Below are positions 35,564 through 50,164 of a stretch of 64,000 nucleotides of DNA, one piece after another. The notes under the pieces are model-generated. The model did no database searches. It saw nothing but the letters and a program-made list of their open reading frames with translations, and had not been told where the DNA came from. Source of the stretch: Squalus acanthias (Eukaryota); assembly GCA_030390025.1 (NCBI GenBank), contig JASTWF010000035.1, positions 1,302,001 to 1,366,000 on the forward strand. The letters are read 5' to 3'. The translations under genes and the position numbers were made by a program. The number at the start of each line of letters is the position of its first letter. Within the stretch, counting starts at the first letter, position 1.

Positions 35564-38505
35564 ATGAACTCTGTTTCTCTCTCCACGGATGTTGCTTGAC
35601 CTGCTGAGTATTTTCAGCATTTTCTGTCTTCTCAGAGGTCTTGCAAGCATCCAGCAGCACTCCCTGCACACTTAAAAAACTTTTAACATGTATTGCAGCA
35701 AGCCACTACTTCAATAAAATCAGAAAAATCTAATCCAAAAGCTTAAATGCAAACCTACCTGAAAGATGTGTGTGTCCCTTTAAGAGATGCTGACAACGCC
35801 TCGGTCAGTCAGCTGACTGCTGGGTTTTCATGGCGAGCTTCGGACCCAGCGCTGACCTCAGCGTGAAAGTCCAAGTTCGGCGAGGTGACGTTAAGTTGGC
35901 GTGACGTCACCACTCTCTAATTTAAATTTGCAGGGCCATCGCTCTTACCGGCAGCGCTGCTGGGCATTGGAAAATGGTAGCCGCGGGACCTGCCACCAGC
36001 TGGCGAGAGTGCGGCAGCCGCCCTCTTTTCGCTACACCTTGACGGTAACGGGTGGCGTAAAGCTCCCGAATTTTTAGCCCTTTATCTTTAGTCATCCAGG
36101 GAGCACCTGCTTGGAGGCCCTTCCTTTCCCCCTTGTGGGAATGTGTCTAGTCTGTACCCGAACTTGCTCCTCTTTGAAGGCCTCCCATTGCTCATTCACT
36201 GTTTTACCTCCCAATCGTTGATTCCAATCAACCTGAACCAGATCCCCTTTCAAATCATTGATCAGAGACAGATAAACTATTCCTCTGGTGGGGGAGTCCA
36301 GAACAAGGGGGTGCAATCTTAAGATTAGAGCTAGGCCTTTCAGGAGTGAAATCAGGAAGCACTTTTTCACACTGGGTGGTGGAAATCTGAAATTCACCCA
36401 ACTGACACTCACACTCACGCTCACAGACGCTGACACTGACAGACACTGACACTGACAGACACTGACACTGACAGACATTGACGCTGACAGACACTGAATC
36501 TGACAGGCACTGACAGACAGACATTGACACTGACAGACACTGACACTGAAAGACACTGACAGACACAGACATTGACGCTGGCAGACACTGACACTGGCAG
36601 ACACTGATACTGACAGACACTGACACTGACAGACACTGAAACTCACAGCCACTGAAACTGACAGGCACTGATACTGACAGACACTGAAACTGACTGACAC
36701 TGACAGACATTGACACTGACTGACACTGACAGACATTGACACTGACAGGCACTGACACAGACAGACAATGACACTGACAGAAACTGACACTGACAGACAC
36801 TGACAGACAGAAACTGACACTGACAGAAACTGACACTGTCTGACACTGACAGACACTGACTGACACAGACACTGACAGACAGAAACTGACACTGATAGAC
36901 ACTGACAGAAACTGACACTAACAGACACTGACACTGACAGGCACGGACATTGACAGACACTGACACTGACAGACATTGACACTGACAGACACTGAAACTG
37001 ACAGCCACTGACACTGACAGACACTGAAACTGACAGACACTGACACTGACAGACACTGACACTGACAGACACTGACACTGACAGACACTGACATTGACAG
37101 ACACACACAGACACTGACAGAAAGTGACACTGACAGACATTGAAACTGACAGACACTGACGCTGGCAGACACTGACACTGAAAGTCATTGACACTGACAG
37201 GCACAGACAGACACTGACAGAAACTGATACTGACACTGACAGACACAGACACTGACAGACACTGAAACTGACACTGACAGACACTGACGCTGGCTGACAC
37301 TGACACTGAAAGACATTGACACTGACAGATACTGAAACTGACAGACAATGACACTGACAGACACTGAAACTGACAGACATTGACACTGACAGATACTGAC
37401 ACTGACAGACACGGACATTGATAGACACTGACACTGACAGACATTGACACTGACAGACACTGAAACTGACAGACAATGACACTGACAGACACTGAAATTG
37501 ACAGCCACTGACAGACATTGACACTGACAGGCACTGACAGACACTGACACTGACACACATTGACACTGACAGGCACTGACAGACACTGACACTGACACAC
37601 ATTGACACTGACAGACATTGACGCTGGCAGACACTGACACTGAAAGACATTGACACTGGCAGACACTGAATCTGACAGGCACTGATACTGACAGACACTG
37701 AAACTGACTGACACAGACAGACATTGACACTGACAGACACTGACACTGAAAGAAACTGACACTGACAGACACTGACACAGACAGACACTGACACTGACTG
37801 ACACTGACAGACACTGAAACTGACTGACACTGACAGACAGAAACTGACAGACACTGACGCTGGCAGACACTGACACTGGCAGACACTGACACTGAAAGAC
37901 ATTGACACTGACAGACACGGACATTGACAGACACCGACACTGACAGACATTGAAACTGACAAACACTGACAGACAGTGAAACTGACAGACACTGACAGCC
38001 ACGGACACTGACAGACATTGACACTGACAGACACTGAAACTGACAGCCACTGACACTGACACTGACAACCACTGACACTGACAGACATTGACACTGACAG
38101 ACACTGACACTGACAGACGCTGAAACTGACACACTGGCTCTGACAGACAGAAACTGACAGACACTGACTCTGACAGACATTGACACTGACAGGCACTGAC
38201 AGACACTGACACTGACAGACACTGACTCTGACAGACAGAAACTGACAGACACTGAAATTGACAGACACTGAAACTGATTGACACTGACACTCACATTGAC
38301 ATTGACTCACACTGACACTCACACTGACAGTTACACTGACTGACGCTGATTAACACTGACACTCACACTGCCTCACACTGACTGACACTGACGCACACTG
38401 ACACTCACATTGACAGTTACACTGACACTCACACTGACTGACACTCACACTGACACTGATTGACACTCACTAATGCTGATTTACACTGACACTCACACTG
38501 ACTTT

Positions 38506-38840
38506 CTAAATGTATTTTCTAAATGGTGAGAAGCTAGGAACTGTGGAGGAGCAGAGAGAGTTAGGGGTCCATGTACAGAAATCACTAAAGCTAGTGGACA
38601 AAATAATGAAAAAGGCTAATGGAATGTTGGCCTTTATCTCCCGGGGTCTGGAATACAAAGGGGTGGAAGTTCTGTTCCAGCTGTACAGAGCTCTGGTCAG
38701 ACCCCATCTGGACACTGTGTTCCGTTCTGGGCCCTGCACCTCAGGAAGGATAGATTGGCCTTGGAGGGGGAGCAGCGCAGATTCACCAGAATGATACCGG
38801 GGCCAAAAGGGTTAAATTATGAGGACAGTTTGCATAGGCC
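38506..38840 (+). mobile_element. CR1 fragment carried in the exon-duplication unit (copies at 41889-42147 and 58995-59330)
   Basis: The three copies are nearly identical, share the same right end and the same frameshifted RPHLDT reading. Confidence 0.88.
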
Positions 38841-39354
38841 TGACACTGACTGTCGCTCACTAACACTGACTGTGACAGACACTGACTGACACTGCCTGAC
38901 AGTAACAGACATTGCCTGACAATGACTGACACTCACACTGACTGATGCTGATGATACTGTCTGATGCTGACTGATACTGACATAGACAATGACAGACACT
39001 GATAGACACTGGCACTCACACTGACTGGCACTGAGACACTGATAGACACTGACTGACACTGAGAGACACTGAATGACACTGAGAGACACTGACTGATACT
39101 GAGAGACACTGACTGACACTGAGAGGCACTGACTGACACTGAGAGACACTGAATGACACTGAGAGACACTGACTGACACTGAGAGACACTGACTGACACT
39201 GAGAGACACTGGCTGACACTGAGAGACACTGGCTGACACTGACAGATAGCTACTATCATGCTAATCTCAGCCTGACTCTGAAACTCCGAGTGCCCCGGGA
39301 CATGAACAGAGTCCCACATTTACTGAGGATGTTTCTGTTCTTTACTTTCCACAG

Positions 39355-39429
39355 CTCCTCCACCTGAGACAACGGAAACAGCTGTAAGTGTCACAACAGA
39401 GCTTCAGCAAAGTACTGACGAGATTACAG
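39355..39429 (+). CDS. Repeated 75-nt exon, copy 1: (A)PPPETTETAVSVTTELQQSTDEIT
   Basis: TTTCTGTTCTTTACTTTCCACAG acceptor and CAG|GTAAAA donor; phase 1-1, open in the frame set by exon 19315-19429. Confidence 0.8.
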
Positions 39430-39656
39430 GTAAAAAATCTCTCCCAAGAAGCCTCTCTAATTTAATAAGCATTAAATAAATTATATTATGTACCATACAG
39501 TATCCACAATCCCTGATTGATCTCTTTCTACACCCAGTCTTACTCACTGATGCCTGAATGATCTCTCTCCACACCCAGCCTTACCTCACTCCTGACTGAC
39601 AATGACAGACACTGACACCAAAACTGACAGACAAAACACTGACACTCACACTGACC

Positions 39657-40318
39657 ATCAAATGGTATGCTGGCCTTCATTACAAGAGGATTTGAGTACA
39701 GGAGTAAAGAAGTCTTACTCCAATTATATAGGGCTCTGGTGAGACCACACCTGGAGTACTGTGTACAATTTTGGTCTCCTTACCTAAGGAAGGATATACT
39801 TGCCATAGAGGGAGTGCAACAAAGGTTCACGAGATTGATTCCTGGGATGGCGGGACTGTCGTATGAGAAGAGATTGAGTAAACTAGGCCTGTATTCTCTT
39901 GAATTCAGAAGAATGAGAGGGGATCTCATTGAAGCATACAAAATTATTACAGGGCTTGATAGAGTGGATGCTGGGAGAATGTTTCCCTTGGCTGGGGAGT
40001 CTAGAACCAGGGGCCACAGCCTCAAGATAAAGGGTAGGCCATTCAGGACCGAGATGAGAAGAAATTTCTTCACAGAGAGGGTGGTGAATCTTTGGAATTC
40101 TCTACCCCAGAGGGCTGTGGAGGCTCAGTCATTGGGTATATTCAAAACAGAAGTCGATAGATTTCTGACTTGTAAAGGCATCAAGGGATATGGCGATAGG
40201 GCCGGTGAATAGAGTTGAGGCAGAAGATCAGCCATGATCTCATTGAATGGCGGAGCAGGCTCGAAGGGCCGAATGGCCGACTCCTGCTCCTATTTCTTAT
40301 GTTCTTATGTTTTTATGA
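39657..40318 (+). mobile_element. CR1 3' fragment (same young subfamily as 17870-18527 and 23400-24920)
   Basis: ORF 39667-40212 SYEKRLSKLG..IEAYKIITG; TTCTTATG tail. Confidence 0.9.
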
Positions 40319-40469
40319 CACCGACAGACACTGACACCGACAGACACTGACACTGACAGACAATGACACTGACTGGCACAGACTGAAACTGATACTCATT
40401 GACATTGACATTGACACACACTAAATTACACTGACACTGACTCACACTGATGGATACCCACAGTGATGC

Positions 40470-41782
40470 TTTTTTTGTTTGTTTATGGGATCAGGGCGTC
40501 GCTGGCAATGCCAGCATTTATTGCCCATCCCTAATTGCCCTTGAGAAGGTGGTGGTGAGCTGCCTTCTTGAACCGCTGCAGTCCGTGTGGTGATGGCACT
40601 CCCACAGTGCTGTTAGGTAGGGAGTTCCAGGATTTTGACCCAGCGACGATGAAGGAACGGCGAAATATCTCTAAGTCAGGATGGTGTGTGACTTGGAGGG
40701 GAACTTGGAGGTGGTGGTGTTCCCATGCGCCTGCTGCCCTTGTCCTTCTAGGTGGAAGAGGTCGCGGGTTTGGGAGGTGCTGCCGAAGAAGCCTTGGCGA
40801 GTTGCTGCAGTGCATCTTGTAGATGGTGCACACTGCAGCCACGGTACGCCAGTGGTGGAGGGAGTGAATGTTTATGATGGTGGATGGGGTGCCAATCAAG
40901 CGGGCTGCTTTGTCCTGGATGGTGTTGAGCTTCTTGAGTGTTGTTGGAGCTGCACTCATCCAGGCAAGTGGAGAGTATTCCATCACACTCCTTACTTGTG
41001 CCTTGTAGATGGTGGAAAGGCTTTGGGGAGTCAGGAGGTGAGACACTCGCCGCAGAACACCCAGCCTCTGACCTGCTCTTGTTGCCACAGTATTTATGTG
41101 GTTGGTCCAGTTAAGTTTCTGATTAATGGTGACCCCCAGGATGTTGATAGTAGCGGATTCGGCGATGGTAATGCAATTGAATGTCAAGGGGAGGTGGTTA
41201 GACTCTCGCTTGTTGGAGATAGTCATTGCCTGGCACTTCTGTGGCGCGAATGTTACCTGCCACTTATCAGCCCAAGCCTGAACGTTGTCCAGGTCTTGTT
41301 GCATGCGGGCATGGACTGCTTCATTATCTGTGGAGTTGCGAATGGCGCTGAACACTGTGCAGTCTTCAGCGAACATCCCCATTTCTGACCTTATGTTGGA
41401 GGGAAGGTCATTGATGAAGCAGCTGAAGATGGTTGGGCCTAGGACACTGCCCTGAGGAACTCCTGCAGCGATGTCCTGAGGCTGTGATAATTGACCTTCA
41501 ACCACCACAACCATCTTCCTTTGTGCTAGGTATGACTCCAGCCAGTGGAGCGTTTTCCCTCGATTCCCATTGACTTCAGTTTTACTAGGGCTCCTTGATG
41601 CCACACTCGGTCAAATGCTGCCTTGATGTCAAGGGCAGTCACTCTCACCTCACCTCTGGAATACAGCTCCTTTGTCCATGTTTGGACCAAGGCTGTAATG
41701 AGGTCAGGAGCCGAGTGGTCTTGGCGGAACCCAAACTGGGCATCAGAGAGCAGGTTATTGGTGAGTATGTGCCGCTTGATAG
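40470..41782 (-). mobile_element. LINE (second family), RT C-terminus and 3' end
   Basis: ORFs 41526-41834 and 40531-41604 ([30 protein letters not shown]), one frameshift. Confidence 0.9.
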
Positions 41783-42939
41783 AGTAAGTACTGCTTGCAC
41801 TGACACTCATTGACACACACTGACACTGACTCACACTGACACTCTCACTGACTCACACTGACACTCACACTGACGCTGATTGACACTGTCACTAAAGCTA
41901 GTGGACAAAATAATGAAAAAGTCTAATGGAATGTTGGCCTTTATCTCCCGGGGTCTGGAATATAAAGGGGTGGAAGTTCTGTTCCAGCTGTACAGAGCTC
42001 TGGTCAGACCCCATCTGGACACTGCGTTCCGTTCTGGGCCCCGCACCTCAGGAAGGATAGATTGGCCTTGGAGGGGGAGCAGCGCAGATTCACCAGAATG
42101 ATACCGGGGCTAAAAGGGTTAAATTATGAGGACAGTTTGCATAGGTCTGACACTGACTGTCGCTCACTAACACTGACTGTGACAGACACTGACTGACATT
42201 AACAGACATTGCCTGACAATGACTGACACTCACACTGACTGACATTGACTGTCACACAAGACACTGACCACTGACACTGACTGACTGACGCTGATGATAC
42301 TGACTGAAACTGACATAGACAATGACAGAAACTGATAGACACTGATAGACACTGGCACTCGCACTGACTGGCACTGAGACACTGATAGACACTGATAGAC
42401 ACTGGCACTCGCACTGACTGGCACTGAGACACTGATAGACACTGATAGACACTGGCACTCGCACTGACTGGCACTGAGACACTGATAGACACTGATAGAC
42501 ACTGGCACTCGCACTGACTGTCACTGAGACACTGATAGACACTGATAGACACTGGCACTCGCACTGACTGGCACTGAGACACTGATAGACACTGACAGAT
42601 GCTGACTGATACTGACTGACTGACGCTGATGATACTGACTGAAACTGACCGGACAATGACAGAAACTGATAGACACTGACACTCACACTGACTGGCACTG
42701 AGAGACACTGACAAATACTGAGAGACACTGACTGACACTCACACTGACAGACACTGAAAGACACTGACTGACACTGAGAGACACTGACTGACACTGAGAG
42801 ACGCTGACTGATACTGACAGACACTGACAGATAGTTACTATCATGCTAATCTTAGCCTGATTCTGAAACTCCGAGTGCCCCGGGACATGAACAGAGTCCC
42901 ATATTTATTGAAGATTTTTCTGTTCTTTACTTTCCACAG

Positions 42940-43014
42940 CTTCGCCACCTGAGACAACGGAAATAGAAATAAGTGTCACAACAGAGCTTCAGCAAAGTAC
43001 CGAAGAGATTACAG
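42940..43014 (+). CDS. Repeated 75-nt exon, copy 2: (A)SPPETTEIEISVTTELQQSTEEIT
   Basis: TTCCACAG acceptor, CAG|GTAAGA donor, phase 1-1, no stops. Confidence 0.8.
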
Positions 43015-46000
43015 GTAAGAAATCTCTCCCAAAAAACCTCTCTAATGTAATAAGCATTAAATAAATGATATTATGTACCATACAGTGTCCACAATCCCTG
43101 AATGATCTCTTTCTACACCCAGTCTTACACACTGATCCCTGAATGATCTCTCTCCACACCCAGCCTTAACTCACTTCTGACTGACAATGACAGACACTGA
43201 CACCAAAACTGACAGATACTGAAAAACACTGACCACCACTGACTGACACTCACACTGACACTGACCGACACTGACTGACACTGACTGATACTGAGTGACA
43301 CTGACCGGACACTGATTGGACACTGACCGACACTGCCTCACACTGACCATCACTGACCGACACTGACCTACACTGATTGGACACTGACCGACACTCCCTC
43401 ACACTGACCATCACTGACCGACACTTACTGCACTTACCGACACTGACCGACACTGATTGGACACTGACCGACACTCCCTCACACTGACCATCACTGACTG
43501 ACACTGACCTACACTGATTGGACACTGACCGACACTCCCTCACACTGACCATCACTGACCGACACTGATTGGAAACTGATTGACACTGCCTCACACCGAC
43601 ACTGATTGGAAACTGACCGACACTGATTGGAAACTGACTGACACTGACCGACACTGATTGGAAACTGACCGACACTGATTGGAAACTGACTGACACTGCC
43701 TCACACCGACACTGATTGGACACTGACTGACACTGACCGACACTGATTGGACACTGACCGACACTGACCATCACTGACTGACACTGACGGACACTGATCG
43801 GACACTGATTGACACTGACCGACACTGCCTCACACTGACCATCACTGACCGACACTGATTGGAAACTGACTGACACTGACCGACACTGATTGGAAACTGA
43901 CTGACACTGACCATCACTGACCGACACTGACCATGACTGACCGACACTGCCTCACACTGACCATCACTGACTGACACTGACCGACATTGACCATCACTGA
44001 CTGACACTGACCGAAATTGACTGACACTGACCGGCACTGACCTACACTGACCAACACTGACCGACACTGATTGGACACTGACCGACACTGATTGGACACT
44101 GACCGACACTGACCAACACTGATTGGACACTGACCGACACTGACCAACACTGATTGGACACTGACCGACACTGATTGGACACTGACCAACACTGATTGGA
44201 CACTGACCGGCACTGACCATGACTGACCGACACTGCCTCACACTGACCATCACTGACTGACACTGACCGACATTGACCATCACTGACTGAAATTGACTGA
44301 CACTGACCGGCACTGACCGACACTGATTGGACACTGACCGACACTGATTGGACACTGACCGACACTGACCAACACTGATTGGACACTGACCGACACTGAC
44401 CAACACTGACCGACACTGATTGGACACTGACCGACACTGATTGGACACTGACCGACACTGCCCAACACTGATTGGAAACTGACCGACACTGATTGGAAAC
44501 TGACTGACACTGCCTCACACCGACACTGAGTGGACACTGACGGACACTGATCGGACACTGATTGACACTGACCGACACTGCCTCACACTGACCATCACTG
44601 ACCGACACTGATTGGAAACTGACTGACACTGACCGACACTGATTGGAAACTGACTGACACTGACCATCACTGACTGACACTGACCGGACACTGACTGACA
44701 CTGACCATGACTCACCGACACTGCCTCACACTGACCATCACTGACTGACACTGACCGACATTGACCATCACTGACTGACACTGACCGAAATTGACTGATA
44801 CTGACCGGTACTGACCGACACTGACCAACACTGACCGACACTGATTGGACACTGACCGACACTGATTGGACACTGACCGACACTGACCAACACTGATTGG
44901 ACACTGACCGACACTGACCGACACTGACTGACACTGACTGACACTGACCGACACTGATTAGACACTGACCGACACTGATTGGACACTGATTGGACACTGA
45001 CCGACACTGATTGGACACTGATTGGACACTGACCGACACTGACCGACACTGAATAGACACTGACCGACACTGACTGACACTGACCGACACTGACCGGCAC
45101 TGACCGACACTGATTGGACACTGACCGACACTGATTGGACACTGACCGACACTGACCAACACTGATTGGACACTGACCGGCACTGACCATGACTGACCGA
45201 CACTGCCTCACACTGACCATCACTGACTGACACTGACCGACATTGACCATCACTGACTGAAATTGACTGACACTGACCGGCACTGACCGACACTGACCGA
45301 CACTGATTGGACACTGACCGACACTGATTGGACACTGACCGACACTGACCAACACTGATTGGACACTGACCGACACTGACCAACACTGACCGACACTGAT
45401 TGGACACTGACCGACACTGATTGGACACTGACCGACACTGACCAACACTGATTGGAAACTGACCGACACTGATTGGAAACTGACTGACACTGCCTCACAC
45501 CGACACTGATTGGACACTGACGGACACTGATTGGACACTGATTGACACTGACCGACACTGCCTCACACTGACCATCACTGACCGACACTGATTGGAAACT
45601 GACTGACACTGACCGACACTGATTGGAAACTGACTGTCACTGACCATCACTGACTGACACTGACCGGACACTGACCGACACTGACCATGACTGACCGACA
45701 CTGCCTCACACTGACCATCACTGACTGACACTGACCGACATTGACCATCACTGACTGACACTGACCGAAATTGACTGACACTGACCGGCACTGACCGACA
45801 CTGACCAACACTGACCGACACTGATTGGACACTGACCGACACTGATTGGACACTGACCGACACTGACCAACACTGATTGGACACTGACCGACACTGACCG
45901 ACACTGACTGACACTGACCGACACTGATTAGACACTGACCGACACTGATTGGACACTGACCGACACTGATTGGACACTGACCGACACTGATTGGACACTG

Positions 46001-47079
46001 ACAGACACTGACCAGACACTACTAACACTGACCGACACTGACTGACACTGACCGACACTGATTGGACACTGACCAGACACTACTAACACTGACCGACACT
46101 GACTGACACTGACCGACACTGATTGGACACTGACCAGACACTACTAACACTGACCGACACTGACTGACACTGACCGACACTGATTGGACACTGACCGACA
46201 CTGACCGGACACTGACCATCACTGACCAACACTGATTGGACACTGACCGACACTGACCGGACACTGACCATCACTGACCGACACTGATTGGACACTGGCC
46301 GACACTGATTGGACACTGACCGACACTGCCTCACACCAACACTGATTGGACACTGACCCACACTGACCATCACTGACCGACACTGACTGACACTGACCAT
46401 GACTGACCGACACTGACACTGACCATCACTGACTGACACTGACCGACATTGACCATCACTGACTGACACTGACCGAAATTGACTGACACTGACCGGCACT
46501 GACCAACACTGACCGACACTGATTGGACACTGACCGACACTGATTGGACACTGATTGGACACTGACCAACACTGATTGGACACTGACCGACACTAACCGA
46601 CACTGACCATGACTGACCGACACTGCCTCACACTGACCATCACTGACTGACACTGACCGACATTGACCATCGCTGACTGACACTGACCGAAATTGACTGA
46701 CACTGACCGGCACTGACCAACACTGACCGACACTGATTGGACACTGACCGACACTGATTGGACACTGATTGGACACTGACCAACACTGATTGGACACTGA
46801 CCGACACTGACCGACACTGACTGACACTGACCGACACTGATTGGACACTGACCGACACTGATTGGACACTGACCGACACTGATTGGACACTGACCGACAC
46901 TGATTAGACACTGACCAGACACTACTAACACTGACCGACACTGACCATGACTGACCGACACTGACCATGACTGACCGACACTGCCTCACACTGACCATCA
47001 CTGACTGACACTGACCGACATTGACCATCACTGACTGACACTGACCGAAATTGACTGACACTGACCGGCACTGACCAAC

Positions 47080-47370
47080 ACATACATACATACATAGAAG
47101 ATAGGAGCAGGAGTAGGCCATCCGGCCCCTCGAGCCTGCTCCGCCATTTAATGAGATCATGGCTGATCCTCCAATTCAGTATCCCGTCCCCGCCTTCTCT
47201 CCGTAACCCTTAACCCCTTTTGCCTGTAGAAATATATCTAATTCCCTCTTAAATATATTTAATGAGCTGGCGTACACTGCCCTCTGTGGCAATGAGTTCC
47301 ACAGGTTCACCACCCTCTGAGTGAAGAAATTCCCCCTCATTTCTGTCCTAAATGGTTTAGCCCTTATCCT
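47080..47370 (-). mobile_element. Short CR1 3' fragment within the satellite
   Basis: RIRAKPFRTEMRGNFFTQRVVNLWN; CATA-repeat tail. Confidence 0.85.
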
Positions 47371-48156
47371 GACCGACACTGATTGGACACTGACCGACAC
47401 TGATTGGACACTGATTGGACACTGACCAACACTGATTGGACACTGACCGACACTGACCGACACTGACTGACACTGACCGACACTGATTGGACACTGACCG
47501 ACACTGATTGGACACTGACCGACACTGATTGGACACTGACCGACACTGATTAGACACTGACCAGACACTACTAACACTGACCGACACTGACTGACACTGA
47601 CCGACACTGATTGGACACTGACCGACACTGACCGGACACTGACCATCACTGACCAACACTGATTGGACACTGACCAACACTGACCGGACACTGACCATCA
47701 CTGACCGACACTGATTGGACACTGGCCGACACTGATTGGACACTGACCGACACTGCCTCACACCAACACTGATTGGACACTGACCCACACTGACCATCAC
47801 TGACCGACACTGACTGACACTGACCGACACTGACTGACACTGACACTGACCGACACTGACTGACACTGACTGACACTGACACTGACCGACATTGACCGAC
47901 ACTGATTGGACACTGACTGACACTGCCTCACACTGACCATCACTGACTGACACTGACCGACACTGATTGGACACTGACCAGACACTGACTGACACTGACC
48001 GACACTGACCGACACTGATTGACACCACAACTGACTGCAGAGCAGGCTCGAAGGGCTGAATGACCTACTCCTGCTTCTATTGCTTACATGCTTATGTTCT
48101 GACACTGACACTCACATCGACTGACACTGAATAACACTGACACTCACATCGACTGA

Positions 48157-49825
48157 ACATAAGAACATAAGAACATAAGAAATAGGAGCAGGAGTAGGCA
48201 AATCGGCCCCTCGAGCCTGCTCCGCCATTCAATAAGATCATGGCTGATCTGATCCTAACCGCCAATCTACTATCTATCACAGAACCATCTCCTGCATCTA
48301 ACAGAATTGCACACACAAAATAGGAGCAGAATCAGGCTACACAGTCCCTGGGCCCGCTCCACTACCCACAGGGCCATGACCGATCCGAACCTAGACTCAT
48401 GTCCAAATTCCTGCCCGCTCCCCGTAACCCTTAATGCCCTTTACTTCTAGGAAACTGTCTATTTCTGTTTTAAATTTAATTAATGTTGTAGCTTCTACAG
48501 CTTTTTGTGGCAGCATATTCCATGGACCTACCACCCTCTGAGTGAAGTAGTTCCTCCTCATCTCAGTTTTGAAAGAGCAGCCCCTTATTCTAAGACTATG
48601 TCCCCTAGTTCTCGTCTCACCCGTCATCGGGAACATCCTCCCCGCATCCACCCGATCCAACCCCTTCACAATCTTATATGTTTCAATAAGATCGCCTCTC
48701 ATTCTTCTGAACTCCAATGAGTAGAGTCCCAATCTACCCAACCTCTCCTCATATGACCACCCCCTCATCCCCGGGATTAACCGAGTGAACCTTTTTTGCA
48801 CTGCCTCGAGAGCAAGGATGTCTTTCCTTAAGTAAGGACACCAAAACTGTATGCAGTATTCCAGGTGCGGTCTCACCAATACCTTGTACAACTGAAGCAA
48901 TACCTCCCTATTTTTATATTCTATCCCCCTAGCAATGAAAGCCAACATTCCATTTGCCTTCTTAATCACTTGCTGCACCTGCATACTAACCTTTTGAGTT
49001 TCGTGCACCAGGACCCCCAGATCCCTTTGCACTTCAGTACTCTCCAGTTTCTTGCCATTAAGATAATAAATTGCTCTAGGATTTTTCCTGCCAAAGTGCA
49101 TCACCTCACACTTTCCAGTGTTGTATTCCATCTGCCAAATCTCTGCCCACTTACTTAGCCTGTCTATGTCCCCTTGCAGGTTTTTTATGTCCTCCTCACT
49201 CACTACTTTCCCTCCCATCTTAGTATCATCTGCAAATTTTGATATGTTACACTTGGTCCCTTCCTCCAAATCGTTAATATAGATTGTAAAGAGTTGGGGA
49301 CCCAGCACTGACCCCTGTGGAACACCACTAGTTACTGATTGCCAGTCTGAGAATGAACCATTTATCCCAACTCTTTGCTTTCTGTTAGATAGCCAATCCT
49401 CTATCCATGCCAGAATATTACCCCCAATCCCGTGATTTTTTACCTTAAGCAATAATCTTTTGTGTGGCACCTTGTCAAATGCCTTTTGGAAGTCTAAATA
49501 CACTACGTCCACTGGTTCCCCTTTATCCACTCTATATGTTACTTCCTCAAAGAACTCCAGCAAATTTGTCAAACATGACTTCCCCTTCGTAAAACCATGC
49601 TGACTTTGTCCTATTAAATTATGATTATCCAAATGTCCTGTTACTGTTTCCTTAATAATGGACTCCAAAATTTTACCTACCACAGATGTTAGGCTAACCG
49701 GTCTATAGTTACCAGCCTTCTGTCTACTGCCCTTTTTAAATAAGGGTGTTACATTAGCAGTTTTCCAGTCTGCCGGGACCTTAGCGGAATCCAGGGAGTT
49801 TTGAAAAATTATTACCAATGCATCT
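48157..49825 (-). mobile_element. 5'-truncated CR1 with an open RT frame
   Basis: ORF to 48397 with [10 protein letters not shown] and FADD; CATAAGAA tail; identical 31-bp flanks at 48126-48156 and 49826-49856. Confidence 0.92.
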
Positions 49826-50000
49826 ACTGAATAACACTGACACTCACATCGACTGACACTGAAAGACACAGACCAACACTGACACTGACGGACACTGACT
49901 GACACTAACACACTGAGACACTGACACTCACGCTGACAGACACTGACACTGAATGACACTAACACACTGAGACACTGACACTCACGCTGACAGACACTAA

Positions 50001-50164
50001 CAATGTTCCCTTTAATTTTGTTTTGGGCTGCGCGGCCCCTTTAACAGGCTGTGTGGCCCAGTCAAAATTCCGCGCATGCGTAGTATTTCCATTTAAAAGC
50101 CAGTGAGCCGGCTGTGCAGGAGCTCCAGAGAGTTGCGCAGCTGCGCAACTTAAAGGGAACATTG
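50001..50164. mobile_element. 164-bp MITE, hAT-like termini
   Basis: Perfect 15-bp TIR CAATGTTCCCTTTAA / TTAAAGGGAACATTG; no clear TSD, so the superfamily is tentative. Confidence 0.75.
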
